From Acidobacteriota bacterium (GTDB taxonomy: Bacteria > Acidobacteriota > UBA6911 > RPQK01 > JAJDTT01), in assembly GCA_965217775.1 (NCBI GenBank), contig CBDCJH010000002.1, forward strand, positions 640,001-704,000: 64,000 nucleotides of DNA, written 5' to 3'. Below the pieces are notes generated by a model. It was not told the origin of the DNA, searched no databases, and saw nothing but the letters and a program-made list of their open reading frames with translations. Position 1 is the stretch's first letter; every line of letters starts with the position of its first letter. Position numbers and translations under genes: made by a program. Shown piece after piece: positions 1 through 9,581 of the stretch.

Positions 1-1
1 G

Positions 2-805
2 TCGGCGGTGGCTCAGGGCAGGGAGTTCCCGCCGAATGGTTTCCTGCCGCCGGGCATCCAGCCGGGCCAGGATCACGCCTTCACCGTCGGGGGCTACGGC
101 CTGGGGGACGCCCCAGGGATCGATGACTGCAGAGCGTCCGCAGGTGGCGAATCCGGGCGTGTGCTGACCGTACTGATTGGGTGCGATGACGTAGGTTTGG
201 TTCTCGATGGCGCGGCTTCGCAACAGCACCTCCCAGTGGTCCCGGCCCGTCGGCAGAGAGAAGGCCGAAGGGACCAGCAGAATGCGGCAGCCCTGGCGGA
301 CCAGTTGCCGGTAGAGTTCAGGGAAGCGCAGGTCGTAACAGATGGACAGGCCCAGTCGGCCGTGGTCCGTCTCGGCGGAGACGACGTCCCGTCCGGGGGC
401 GATCCAGCTCGATTCCTGATAGGTCACCCGCCCGGGCAGGTTCACGTCGAAGAGGTGGATCTTGCGGTAACGGGCCAAGAGAGTTCCCGAGCGGTCGAAC
501 AGGAGACTGGTGTTGAAGACCCGGTCCCGGCCCTCGGCCCGCTCGCAGAGGCTGCCGGCCAGCAGCGTGATCCGAAGACGGCGGGCCAGATCACTCATCC
601 TCCGGCTGGTGGGACCCGGAACCGGCTCGGCGGCCTGGACCACCTTTTCCTTGCGGCCCAGACAGTTGAAGAGTTCGGGCAGCGCCACCAGCCGGGCTCC
701 CCGCTCGGCCGCCTCCCGGACCAGCCGCTCGGCGGCCGTCAGATTGCGCTCCTTGTCCTCTCCCGAGGTCATCTGAACCGCCGCTGCCCAATAGGAGTCG
801 CCCAT
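2..805 (-). CDS. Carbon-nitrogen hydrolase (nitrilase/Nit family), runs off left edge
   Basis: Absent from ORF track because it has no stop in the window. Manual translation from ATG 805: MGDSYWAAAVQMTSGEDKERNL...LVALPELFN, ending ...ELPALSHRR, typical Nit-family termini. The + ORF 8..832 is its shadow. Confidence 0.85.
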   Translation of the reverse strand, partial: MGDSYWAAAVQMTSGEDKERNLTAAERLVREAAERGARLVALPELFNCLGRKEKVVQAAEPVPGPTSRRMSDLARRLRITLLAGSLCERAEGRDRVFNTSLLFDRSGTLLARYRKIHLFDVNLPGRVTYQESSWIAPGRDVVSAETDHGRLGLSICYDLRFPELYRQLVRQGCRILLVPSAFSLPTGRDHWEVLLRSRAIENQTYVIAPNQYGQHTPGFATCGRSAVIDPWGVPQAVAPDGEGVILARLDARRQETIRRELPALSHRR

Positions 806-909
806 GCCTGCTCCGTTCCGAGACTGGTATGATTTTACAGATTTTGCGCTGGACTGCGCCGCCCGCGGCCGCGTACACGATCCTGTTCCCAGTCCGGAGA
901 GTTCAGTCT

Positions 910-3537
910 ATGGAACCCGAGAGACTCGATATCGACCGTTGCGGGACAGCACGATCCCGAAGGTTATTGGTTTGTCTGGCAGGGCTTCTGCTGCTGCCGG
1001 GGTTCTCTCTTCTGCTGGCCGCGACGCCGCCGGAGTTGGAAGAGGACCAGGGACTGACCGGCTTCGGCCTGGCGTTGCGGCGTCTCCCGACCACGGGTTC
1101 GCTCCTCTACATCACCGCCCACCCCGATGACGAAAACAATGCCGTCCTGGCCAAGGTGAGCCGGGGGCTCGGGATTCGTACTGCGCTTTTGAGCCTCACC
1201 CGGGGCGACGGGGGACAGAACGAGATCGGTCCGGAACTGTTCGAAGCCCTGGGAGTGCTCCGGACCCAGGAACTCATGCGCGTGCATCGCTTCGACGGCG
1301 CCAGGCAATACTTCACACGGGCTTATGAGTTCGGCTACTCCTTCAGCGTCGAGGAGACCCTGGAGCGCTGGGGCGAGGAGGTGCTGCGGGACGTGGTCCG
1401 GGTGATCCGGGAGTTTCGGCCGGATGTGATCCTGACCCTCAACCCCCGCGGTGCGGGTGGAGGACAACATCATCAGGCCTCGGCGCGATTGGCCGCGAAG
1501 GCCTTCGAACTGGCCGCGGACCCCTCTCGTTTCCCGGAGCAGCTCGAGGAGGGCCTCCGGACCTGGCGGTCCTCCCGGCTCTTTCAGGCGCCGGGCGTGG
1601 GATGGGCCTGGGGAGACGGGCGCTCTGCCCCGGGTCGCGCAGCCGCCATCGAGGTGGGCGACTACGACCCGCTGTTGGGAGAATCCTACGCCGAGTTTGG
1701 AGCCCGGGCCCGGAGCAGCCACCGTTGCCAGGGGATGAACATTTTGCCCGAGCCGGGATCGCGGACGGCTTACTACCGGCTGGTCAAGGGCAATACGGAG
1801 TTGAAGGACGGGACCGGTTTCTTCGGAGGCCTCGATATCTCATTGGGAAGAGTGGCCCGGCATGACCCGGATTTGGCCGGCGGCTTGGAGAGCCTCCGGC
1901 GGCTGATCCGGCAGATCCGCGACGACTACGCCGAGTCTCGCCTCGAGCAGTCAGCCGCCGGCGTCATGCGAGGCTTGGCGCTGGTCCGGAATTTGGCGGC
2001 CCTAACCGGCAATGCCGAGGCTCGATTTCTTCTTCGCGCAAAGGAGCAGGACTTTCTTGCGGCCGCCGGCAAGGGGAACTTCATCTACCTGGACGCACTG
2101 GTCCGGCAGAGCCGGGACGGACGCGTCAATCCGGGTGAGGAGGTCTCGGTCCAGGTCCGCTTTCTGAGCCGTTCCGGGAATCCGGTTGGCCTGCGCTCGG
2201 TGCAGTTGTCGGGCGCTGGAGACTGGAACGTCCGGAGCCTGGGCCGATCCGGCCACACCAGCGAGTTCCGGGTCACGGTCCCGGCCGAAGCCGGCTACAC
2301 GCAGCCGTACTGGTTTCGGGGCGATTCGAAAATCGATCTCTTTTCGGTCCGCGAGGGCTTCAGCGGAGTGAAGGCGGTGAGTCCACCGGCCCTGAAGGCC
2401 CGGGTCACGTACGCCGTGGACGAGATCGAAGCCGCCCTGGAGGTTCCGGTCCGGTACCGCTGGTTCGATCCGGTGATCGGTGGCGAGCGGCGAAGGGAAC
2501 TTCAGGTGGTGCCGGAAGTGACTCTGGTCCTGGAACCGGAGGTCCGGATCTTCGTGCCGGGTGCCGCACAGGAGAAGGTCTTCCACGTCCGAGTGGAAAA
2601 CGAGCGCGCGGGGAGCCTCGAAACGCGAGTCGAGCTGCTGGCGCCGGAGGACTGGCGGGTGCATCCTCGAACTCGCGATCTGTCGTTCCGGCGGGAGGGG
2701 GAAACCGCGGCCGTCACGTTTGAAGTGGAACCTCCGCAGGATCTCGAGCCGGGCAGCTACCGGCTCGAGGCCCGGGCGAGAGTCGGAGCCAGGACCTATT
2801 CCCAGGGCTACCGGTCCATCGACTACCACCACGTCGAGACCCGGCACCTCTATCGGCGAGCCCGGTCGCTGGTCCAGGTGTTCGACGTGAAGGTGGCCCC
2901 GGTGCGGGTCGGCTATGTGATGGGAGTCGGAGACCAGGTCCCTGCCTCCATCGAGGACCTGGGATTGGATCTCTCCTATCTGGACGCCTCCGATCTGGCC
3001 GAGGGTGACCTGTTCCGTTTCGACGTCATCGTAACCGGAGTCCGGGCTTACCTGAATCGAGTGGATCTGAGATCCAACAACCATCGGCTTCTGGAATACG
3101 TGCGCCGGGGAGGGCATTTGCTGGTCCAGTACAACAAGTACGAGTTCAACCGGGAGCAGTACGGCCCCTATCCGGCCCGCATTCACCGTCCCCACGACCG
3201 GGTCACCGACGAGACGTCACCGGTGCGCGTTCTGGAGCCCGATCATCCCGTCCTGAACTGGCCGAATACCATCACCGATGCCGATTGGGAGGGATGGGTC
3301 CAGGAACGGGGTCTCTACTTCCTCGGAGAATGGGATCCTGACTACCGGCCGCTACTGGAGCTGCAGGATCCTTTCCCCTACAACCCGGAGGTCAAACGGG
3401 GAGCCTTGGTCGTCGCCACCTACGGGGAGGGCACCTACGTCTACACGGGCCTGGGATTCTTCAGGCAACTCCCCGCCGGCGTCCCGGGCGCCTTCCGGCT
3501 CTGGGCCAATCTGCTCTCCCTTGGCAAGTCTCCGTGA
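910..3537 (+). CDS. PIG-L/LmbE family deacetylase, secreted, with C-terminal NEW3/GATase-like domains
   Basis: AHPDDEN, LTRGDGGQN and GGGQHHQ motifs; signal peptide; ATG 910 preferred over 829. Confidence 0.85.
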   Translation: MEPERLDIDRCGTARSRRLLVCLAGLLLLPGFSLLLAATPPELEEDQGLTGFGLALRRLPTTGSLLYITAHPDDENNAVLAKVSRGLGIRTALLSLTRGDGGQNEIGPELFEALGVLRTQELMRVHRFDGARQYFTRAYEFGYSFSVEETLERWGEEVLRDVVRVIREFRPDVILTLNPRGAGGGQHHQASARLAAKAFELAADPSRFPEQLEEGLRTWRSSRLFQAPGVGWAWGDGRSAPGRAAAIEVGDYDPLLGESYAEFGARARSSHRCQGMNILPEPGSRTAYYRLVKGNTELKDGTGFFGGLDISLGRVARHDPDLAGGLESLRRLIRQIRDDYAESRLEQSAAGVMRGLALVRNLAALTGNAEARFLLRAKEQDFLAAAGKGNFIYLDALVRQSRDGRVNPGEEVSVQVRFLSRSGNPVGLRSVQLSGAGDWNVRSLGRSGHTSEFRVTVPAEAGYTQPYWFRGDSKIDLFSVREGFSGVKAVSPPALKARVTYAVDEIEAALEVPVRYRWFDPVIGGERRRELQVVPEVTLVLEPEVRIFVPGAAQEKVFHVRVENERAGSLETRVELLAPEDWRVHPRTRDLSFRREGETAAVTFEVEPPQDLEPGSYRLEARARVGARTYSQGYRSIDYHHVETRHLYRRARSLVQVFDVKVAPVRVGYVMGVGDQVPASIEDLGLDLSYLDASDLAEGDLFRFDVIVTGVRAYLNRVDLRSNNHRLLEYVRRGGHLLVQYNKYEFNREQYGPYPARIHRPHDRVTDETSPVRVLEPDHPVLNWPNTITDADWEGWVQERGLYFLGEWDPDYRPLLELQDPFPYNPEVKRGALVVATYGEGTYVYTGLGFFRQLPAGVPGAFRLWANLLSLGKSP

Positions 3538-3580
3538 CGCCTCTTCTTCTCTCTTTCCTCTTTCCTCGTAGAATGATCCA

Positions 3581-4681
3581 ATGCTCTCCCTCGGGATCGT
3601 CGGCCTGCCCAACGTAGGCAAGTCCACCCTCTTCAACGCGTTGACCTCGGGAGCGGCCGGGGTATCCAATTATCCTTTTGCCACCATCGACCGGAACGTG
3701 GGCCAGGTGCCGGTCCCGGACCCCAGGCTGCTGGAACTGGAGCGGCTGCTGGCACCCGGCGAGTGCACCCCCTGCTTCGTTCAGTTCATCGACATTGCCG
3801 GTTTGGTCCGGGGAGCCAGCCGGGGCGAGGGCCTCGGCAACCAGTTCCTCGGGCACATCCGGCAAGTCGACGCTATCATCCATCTGGTCCGCTGTTTCCC
3901 GGACCCGGATATCGTCCACGTCCTGGATCGGGTAGACGCCGCCCGGGACGTCTCGGTGGTGGAAACGGAGCTGTTGTTGGCCGATCTGGAGGTCCTCAGC
4001 CGGATTGTCTCCAAGCAGCAGAACACCTGGAGGACCGATCCCCGGAAACACGCCTGGGAAAGGGAGCAGCTTCTTCTGTTCCAAGAATCTCTGGAAAAAG
4101 GGATTCCCCTCAGGTCGTTGAACCTTGACCGGCAAGCCCGGCGGCGGCTCAAGGGACTGGGGCTCTTGACGGGAAAGCCGGTGGTCTACGTGGCCAACGT
4201 CGCCGAGGAGGACTATTCGCTCGGAGAGGACCCGCCCTGCGTCCGGTCGCTCAGGGAGGAGGTGGCTCGGTCCGGCCTAACCTCGGTTCTGGTAGTTTCG
4301 GCATCCCTGGATCATGAGCTCCAGCAGTTGGAGCCGGAGGAAAGGGAAGAGTTCCAGGATGAATTGGACTTGCCGTCTTCGGGCCCGGAGCGCCTGATCA
4401 GAAAGGGTTTTCAACTTCTGGACCTGGCGACCTTCTACACCATAGCCCGGAACAAGCTCCGGGCCTGGGAGATTCCCCGGGGCACGCCGGCCGTCCGGGC
4501 GGCCGGGAAGATCCACACCGACATGGAACGGGGATTCATCCGCGCCCAGGTGGCTTCGGGCGCGGAGTTGTGCCGGATCGGGAGTTGGAAAGAGATGCAC
4601 CACAAGGGCCTGATCCGCACCGAGGGCAGGGAATACGAGATTCAGGACGGAGACGTGGTGGAGTTTCTCTTTACGCCGTAA
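3581..4681 (+). CDS. ychF: Redox-regulated ATPase YchF
   Basis: GIVGLPNVGKSTLFN, NYPFATID, DIAGLV, AAGKIHTD, TGS C-terminus DGDVVEF. Confidence 0.95.
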   Translation: MLSLGIVGLPNVGKSTLFNALTSGAAGVSNYPFATIDRNVGQVPVPDPRLLELERLLAPGECTPCFVQFIDIAGLVRGASRGEGLGNQFLGHIRQVDAIIHLVRCFPDPDIVHVLDRVDAARDVSVVETELLLADLEVLSRIVSKQQNTWRTDPRKHAWEREQLLLFQESLEKGIPLRSLNLDRQARRRLKGLGLLTGKPVVYVANVAEEDYSLGEDPPCVRSLREEVARSGLTSVLVVSASLDHELQQLEPEEREEFQDELDLPSSGPERLIRKGFQLLDLATFYTIARNKLRAWEIPRGTPAVRAAGKIHTDMERGFIRAQVASGAELCRIGSWKEMHHKGLIRTEGREYEIQDGDVVEFLFTP

Positions 4682-4748
4682 ATTACCGCGCTTGCTGCTG
4701 CCGCCGCCGGAGGCAGCGGACAGCCTCCCCGTGCATAATACCGGCGCT

Positions 4749-5984
4749 ATGCCAGATTCCGAAGGCTCCCGGCCGGGCGTTTTTCTCAGGACCTTCCAGG
4801 CTTTTCGGTACCGGGATTACCGGCTGGTCTGGATCGGCGCCTGCACCTCCGCCATCGGGACCTGGATGCAGACGACGGCCCAGGCCTGGCTGGTCCTCGC
4901 CCTGACCAACTCCCCCTTCTATCTCGGTTTGATCGGATTTCTTTCCCAGTTGCCCGTCGTCCTGCTGTCCCTTTTGGGAGGTGCCGCCGCCGATCGTGTG
5001 GATCGGAGAAAGCTTCTGCTCTTTTCCCAGTACAGCCAGATGGTCTCCGCGTTCATCCTGACGATTCTGGTCTTCGCCGGGGTGGTTCAGCTTTGGCACT
5101 TCCTGGTCCTGGTGACGGCGGTGGGAACGGCCCAGGCTTTCGGAGCTCCGGCGTTTCCGGCTCTGATGGCCGGTCTGGTGAAGCGCCGGGACCTGGCCAA
5201 CGCGGTTGCGCTGAATTCGATCCAGTTCAATCTGGCTCTGGTCATCGGTCCGGTACTGGCAGGGTTGATCATGACCTCCTACGGCGCCGTCACCTGCTTC
5301 GGACTCAACGGGCTCTCCTTCCTGGCGGTGATCTGCAGCCTCTACCTGGTCAAGAGCAGTTTTCTTCCCGGCGCCCAAAAGGAAACGGTCTGGGAGGGGA
5401 TCCGGAACGGTCTCCAATTCGTCCGCGCTCGCAAGTCGCTCTGGCAACTGAGCCTTCTGGGATTCGTCCTGACCTTCAGCGCCCTTCCCATGACGACTTT
5501 CCTGCCGGTTTACGCCCGGGACATCTACGGGCTGGGGTCCGAGGGGTATGCCGGGATGATGACCTGCTCGGGCATCGGAGCCGTGGTGGGGGCCCTGATC
5601 TCGGCCAACCTGGGATGGATGAGCCACAGAGGCCGGTTCAGCATTCAGGTCCAGGTCGTGCTGGCCCTGCTGCTGGCCCTGTTCGCCGTCTCCACGAACC
5701 TCTACGTCGGACTGTTGCTCCTCTTCCTGTGCCGGGTCTGCCTGATGGTGCTGTTTTCCTCCGTCATGTCGCTGGTCCAGGAAGGCGCGACCGAAGAGAT
5801 GCGCGGACGAGTCTTGAGCATCTTCAATTTGGCCATGAGGGGTGGGATGCCGATTGGAAACCTGGTGGCCGGATACCTTGCCTCCCGCATTTCCACGCCC
5901 TTTTCCCTACTCGTGGGCAGCGCGCTGCTGGGAGGGGTCGCTCTCTATTGCCTCTTTCTCCGGGTCCGTGTCACCCGGCTGTAA
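4749..5984 (+). CDS. MFS transporter
   Basis: About 12 hydrophobic segments; motif A GAAADRVDRRK. Confidence 0.9.
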   Translation: MPDSEGSRPGVFLRTFQAFRYRDYRLVWIGACTSAIGTWMQTTAQAWLVLALTNSPFYLGLIGFLSQLPVVLLSLLGGAAADRVDRRKLLLFSQYSQMVSAFILTILVFAGVVQLWHFLVLVTAVGTAQAFGAPAFPALMAGLVKRRDLANAVALNSIQFNLALVIGPVLAGLIMTSYGAVTCFGLNGLSFLAVICSLYLVKSSFLPGAQKETVWEGIRNGLQFVRARKSLWQLSLLGFVLTFSALPMTTFLPVYARDIYGLGSEGYAGMMTCSGIGAVVGALISANLGWMSHRGRFSIQVQVVLALLLALFAVSTNLYVGLLLLFLCRVCLMVLFSSVMSLVQEGATEEMRGRVLSIFNLAMRGGMPIGNLVAGYLASRISTPFSLLVGSALLGGVALYCLFLRVRVTRL

Positions 5985-6042
5985 CTGTTCGAAGTTTCCG
6001 GCGACGAATCGTGCCTTGTTCGCCGAAATGGGCTTTGCTGGA

Positions 6043-6459
6043 TCAGCTTTTACGGAGCAGTGCCAGGGCTTTGCGGGCGGTCACGACGGGGATGCCGTCC
6101 ACTTCCCGGAGTGCAAGCATGTGTTTTTTGTCGCCCGAAACGATCAGGTCGACCCGACCGGCGATTGCGGCGCCCAGAATCGGGTTGTCATTGGGATCGG
6201 GGGACAGGTTCACCTGCGGCGGATCGTCAAGGATCAAGGCTCGTGTGCCGATATTCTGGACGATGGCCGATGCCTCATCTGCGTCGAGAAACCTTTGGAG
6301 GCGGGGCCGTGCCAAAACGTTGGCCAATTCAGCCAGTTGCGCCACAGACGTCACGAGTTCCAACTCGCCACGCAACCAAGCCCGGTACAACCTGTCGGGC
6401 GGAGTTCCCTTCGTGATCAGAGCACCGATCAGGATGTTCGTATCAAGAATGATCCGCAC
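6043..6459 (-). CDS. PIN-domain toxin
   Basis: IILDTNILI, DPNDN and IVSGDKKH acidic PIN motifs; overlaps upstream small ORF. Confidence 0.9.
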   Translation of the reverse strand: MRIILDTNILIGALITKGTPPDRLYRAWLRGELELVTSVAQLAELANVLARPRLQRFLDADEASAIVQNIGTRALILDDPPQVNLSPDPNDNPILGAAIAGRVDLIVSGDKKHMLALREVDGIPVVTARKALALLRKS

Positions 6460-6679
6460 GCGCGGCGTTCAACTCTTCGCCGATCAGGTCGAGGATTTCC
6501 CGTTGGTCGTATCGCGCATTGCGGTCCTTGACCTCGGTAACAGTCAGGTCGAAAATCCGGCGCCGCACGGCTTCATCGACAAATCGGGATAGATCCCCTT
6601 TCCTGCCGCCATTGCGGGCAAGATGCATACGGACTGCCCGGTCTGTTTCTTCCGGAATGGAAAGGCTCCATCGAATCAT
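6443..6679 (-). CDS. Ribbon-helix-helix antitoxin
   Basis: 78 aa; IRWSLSI beta strand followed by two helices (LSRFVDEAV); overlaps the PIN gene. Confidence 0.8.
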   Translation of the reverse strand: MIRWSLSIPEETDRAVRMHLARNGGRKGDLSRFVDEAVRRRIFDLTVTEVKDRNARYDQREILDLIGEELNAARADHS

Positions 6680-6713
6680 CGATCACGTTCCACACATAGA
6701 TGTAAAAGCATAT

Positions 6714-6871
6714 CAGTCCGTGGTGAAAGTCCCGCGAGCACCGAGACCGTTCCTGCGCCCGCCGGACAAGGCGCGATTCGGGTGCATACCGGGAGTATGT
6801 GCCCGAATCGCAACGCCGTCCGCCGGGATGCAGGGACGGTCGAATGCCGTGATGACTTTTGCCACGGGCTG
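6714..6871 (+). mobile_element. 158-bp MITE, copy 1
   Basis: Terminal inverted repeats CAGTCCGTGGTGAAAGTC / GACTTTTGCCACGGGCTG; ATAT duplicated at 6710-6713 and 6872-6875; 4 differences from copy 2. Confidence 0.9.
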
Positions 6872-7086
6872 ATATATACGCACAACCTATCAGATGCCCG
6901 TCCCCACCATCAATTTGCATGAGCACCGCATCCAATGGTTCCCCGATCGGGTCACCGGCCTGCTTGGGTTCAACCGAGTAATGTCTCATTCCTGACCCGG
7001 CATAGCCGGAACCAAAATTCTTCGCCGGAGCGGTGGCTTTCCAGCCGACGACTCTTCGTCTGGCACCGTCTTGCTCCGCTTCGGAC

Positions 7087-7139
7087 CGAAGAGGGCACCC
7101 ACAAGGGGCGAAGAGGGCACCCACAAGGGGCGCCCCTAC
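7087..7139 (-). repeat. GTAG-type REP with 22-bp tandem duplication
   Basis: CGAAGAGGGCACCCACAAGGGG x2 then CGCCCCTAC; reverse complement GTAGGGGCGCCCCTTGTGGGTGCCC. Confidence 0.8.
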
Positions 7140-7201
7140 TAACTTCGCATCTTCCAGTCGTAGTAAACTGAATCGGAACTCATTCAGGGCCGGGAGTCGT
7201 C

Positions 7202-8290
7202 ATGAAGTACGCATCACACTGGAACGACCGTCGGCGTGGAGTCCTGCTGAATCTGGCCGTCCTGGTGTCGGTTGGCTGCACGGAGGCATCGATGGCCGCC
7301 CAGCCGGCGAAGGGCCGTGTGCTGGCCCGGGTCAACGGAGTGGCGGTGACGCAGGACGAAGTCCGCCAAGCCGCCGCCTCGGACCTGAAGAAGCTCCGGT
7401 TGACCCGCCTTCAATACGAGGCGAAGCACAAGCAGAAGGTCCACGACGCCGTCGAGTCGAATCTGAATCGGATGGTGGGCCTGAAACTGGTGGAGCAGGA
7501 AGCGGAGCGGCGGTCGCTGCCGGTCCAGGAGCTGCTGCGGCAGGAAGTCAGCGCCGGCATGAAGGAGGCGACCGATCAAGAGGTTGCCGGCTTTTACCAG
7601 AGCAACCGGAAGAAGCTGAAGAAGTCCTTGGAGGAGATGTCCGGAGAGATTCGGAGATACCTGAGCCGGCAGCAGTACCAGAAGCGCTATCGGGCATTTG
7701 TGGATCGTCTCAAGGCGGCGAGCCGGGTCGAGTCGTTCCTGGAGCCGAACCGGGTGGAGATCCGGACCTTGAGCAGTCCGTCTCTGGGACCGGTGGACGC
7801 GCCGATCACCCTGGTGGAGTTTTCCGACTTCCAGTGCCCCTACTGCGCGCGTCTCGCCCCCGTCGTGAAAAGGATCGCGGGCGAGTATCCAGGGCAGGTC
7901 CGGGTGGTCTTTCGGCAGTTTCCCCTGAGAAGTATCCATGCGCACGCCCAGCAGGCGGCGGAGGCTTCCCTGTGCGCTTTCGATCAGGGCCGGTTCTGGG
8001 AGATGCACGACGCCCTGTTCGCAGACATCAAGAAATTGGGCCCCGAGGACTTGACGGCCCGGGCCAAGAAACTGAATCTGGACCTGGAGGCATTCAACCA
8101 GTGTCTGGAGTCTGGCAAGTATGCCGCCGCCGTCCAGCAGGATCTGGAGGACGGCATGGTGGCCGGAGTCTCAGGGACGCCGGCGGTCTATATCAACGGC
8201 CGGGTGCTGAAAGGTTCCAAACCCTACGACGGGATCAAGAAGGTGATCGAGGAGGAATTGCGGAGGGCGGGGAACCCTAGTCCCCGATGA
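7202..8290 (+). CDS. DsbA-family thioredoxin-fold protein with SurA-N-like N-terminal domain
   Basis: EFSDFQCPYC and GVSGTP cis-Pro motif; N-terminal LARVNGVAVT. Confidence 0.88.
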   Translation: MKYASHWNDRRRGVLLNLAVLVSVGCTEASMAAQPAKGRVLARVNGVAVTQDEVRQAAASDLKKLRLTRLQYEAKHKQKVHDAVESNLNRMVGLKLVEQEAERRSLPVQELLRQEVSAGMKEATDQEVAGFYQSNRKKLKKSLEEMSGEIRRYLSRQQYQKRYRAFVDRLKAASRVESFLEPNRVEIRTLSSPSLGPVDAPITLVEFSDFQCPYCARLAPVVKRIAGEYPGQVRVVFRQFPLRSIHAHAQQAAEASLCAFDQGRFWEMHDALFADIKKLGPEDLTARAKKLNLDLEAFNQCLESGKYAAAVQQDLEDGMVAGVSGTPAVYINGRVLKGSKPYDGIKKVIEEELRRAGNPSPR

Positions 8291-8384
8291 CGACTCCCGG
8301 CTCGGAGGCCTCACCTCGCAAATCCCCGCTAGGAGTCTGCGCCGTAGGAATGATCGTAGCGGGAAAGTGGGGAATCGAGGACAG

Positions 8385-8439
8385 ATTTTCTCGATTTGGA
8401 GGTGCATAGTCGTTCTATTCGCCGAGAAATCGAGGAAAT
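8385..8439 (+). promoter_or_regulatory. 13-bp inverted repeat occluding the Shine-Dalgarno of the hupE-like gene
   Basis: ATTTTCTCGATTT (8385-8397) pairs with AAATCGAGGAAAT (8427-8439), one G-U; ATG at 8440. Confidence 0.5.
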
Positions 8440-9564
8440 ATGGACCGATTCACCGCTTTCGCAGTAGATCAATTTCTGCGGCGCAGGCTCCTAGTCTCCG
8501 CCGCTCTCACGGCATTGAGCCGGTGGGGTTGCCTGGCTTGGCTGTTCTTTTCCGCGTCTCAGCTTCACGCACACCAGGATTCGGTGGGCTACTGGTCGAT
8601 TCAGGTGGAGCCGCCCCGAGTGCGGTCCACGATTCGCATCTCCATCCTGGACCTGAACTTTCTTCCCGAGTTGGACGCCAATAGCGACGGCGTCCTCGAG
8701 TACCAGGAAGTCTCGGCCCGGAGGGAGGACATCCAGTCTCGACTCCTGGACCACTTCCTGATTCGGAGCGGAGACCTCTCGCCCGAGACCCACGTCGAGA
8801 AATTCCGGATCCTGGATTCAGGAGAACTGGAGTTGACCCTGGACCACCGTTTTCAGGAGCCACCGGGCGAACTTCAACTGGAATCCGCCTTCCACAAGCT
8901 CACCGATGACCGTCACCAGACGTTTTGCCAGGTCAACATGGACGGGGAGCTGACCCAGTACGTTCTGGATGTGAGCCGTCCGGTGGAGAAGATCGAGGTG
9001 CTGGCGGGTTGGTCCGGTCTTGCCCGCCGCGCGAGCCGTTTCCTGGTTCTGGGAGTCGAGCACATCCTCACCGGTTACGATCACCTGGCGTTTCTGTTGG
9101 GGCTGATCATCCTGGGCGGGGCCTTGAGGTCGCTCATCGGTGTCGTCTCCTCCTTCACCGTGGCCCATAGCCTGACGCTGATTGCGGCCACTCTGGACCT
9201 GGTCGTCCTGCCCACCCGGTTCGTGGAGGCGGCCATTGCGCTGAGCATCTGCTATGTCGCTCTGGAGAACATGTTCGTGCGCGAGGTCCGGTACCGATGG
9301 GTCATCACCTTCTTCTTCGGGCTGATTCACGGATTCGGTTTCTCCAATGTCTTGCGGGAGATGCAGCTTCCCAAGTCGGGCCTGGCCGTCTCCCTTCTCT
9401 CCTTCAATCTGGGCGTCGAGGTGGGACAATTGGCGATACTACTCCTGCTCTTTCCCGTGGTTCTTTTCCTGAGCCGACGACGCTGGCACTCGGTCGCCAT
9501 CAATCTGGCATCCGCCCTGATGCTGGGTCTGGGGGGGTTCTGGTTCGTGCAGCGGGTGACCTGA
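8440..9564 (+). CDS. HupE/UreJ family membrane protein with periplasmic N-terminal domain
   Basis: GVEHILTGYDHLAFL, FTVAHSLTL, FGLIHGFGF, FNLGVEVGQ motifs. Confidence 0.9.
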   Translation: MDRFTAFAVDQFLRRRLLVSAALTALSRWGCLAWLFFSASQLHAHQDSVGYWSIQVEPPRVRSTIRISILDLNFLPELDANSDGVLEYQEVSARREDIQSRLLDHFLIRSGDLSPETHVEKFRILDSGELELTLDHRFQEPPGELQLESAFHKLTDDRHQTFCQVNMDGELTQYVLDVSRPVEKIEVLAGWSGLARRASRFLVLGVEHILTGYDHLAFLLGLIILGGALRSLIGVVSSFTVAHSLTLIAATLDLVVLPTRFVEAAIALSICYVALENMFVREVRYRWVITFFFGLIHGFGFSNVLREMQLPKSGLAVSLLSFNLGVEVGQLAILLLLFPVVLFLSRRRWHSVAINLASALMLGLGGFWFVQRVT

Positions 9565-9581
9565 CTGCCCTCCCTCGAGAA

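Noticed and set aside
8-832. Long ORFs such as 8..832, 9439..10923, 11124..12641 and 24743..26488
   Set aside because: Antisense or alternate-frame shadows of real genes, expected at high GC.
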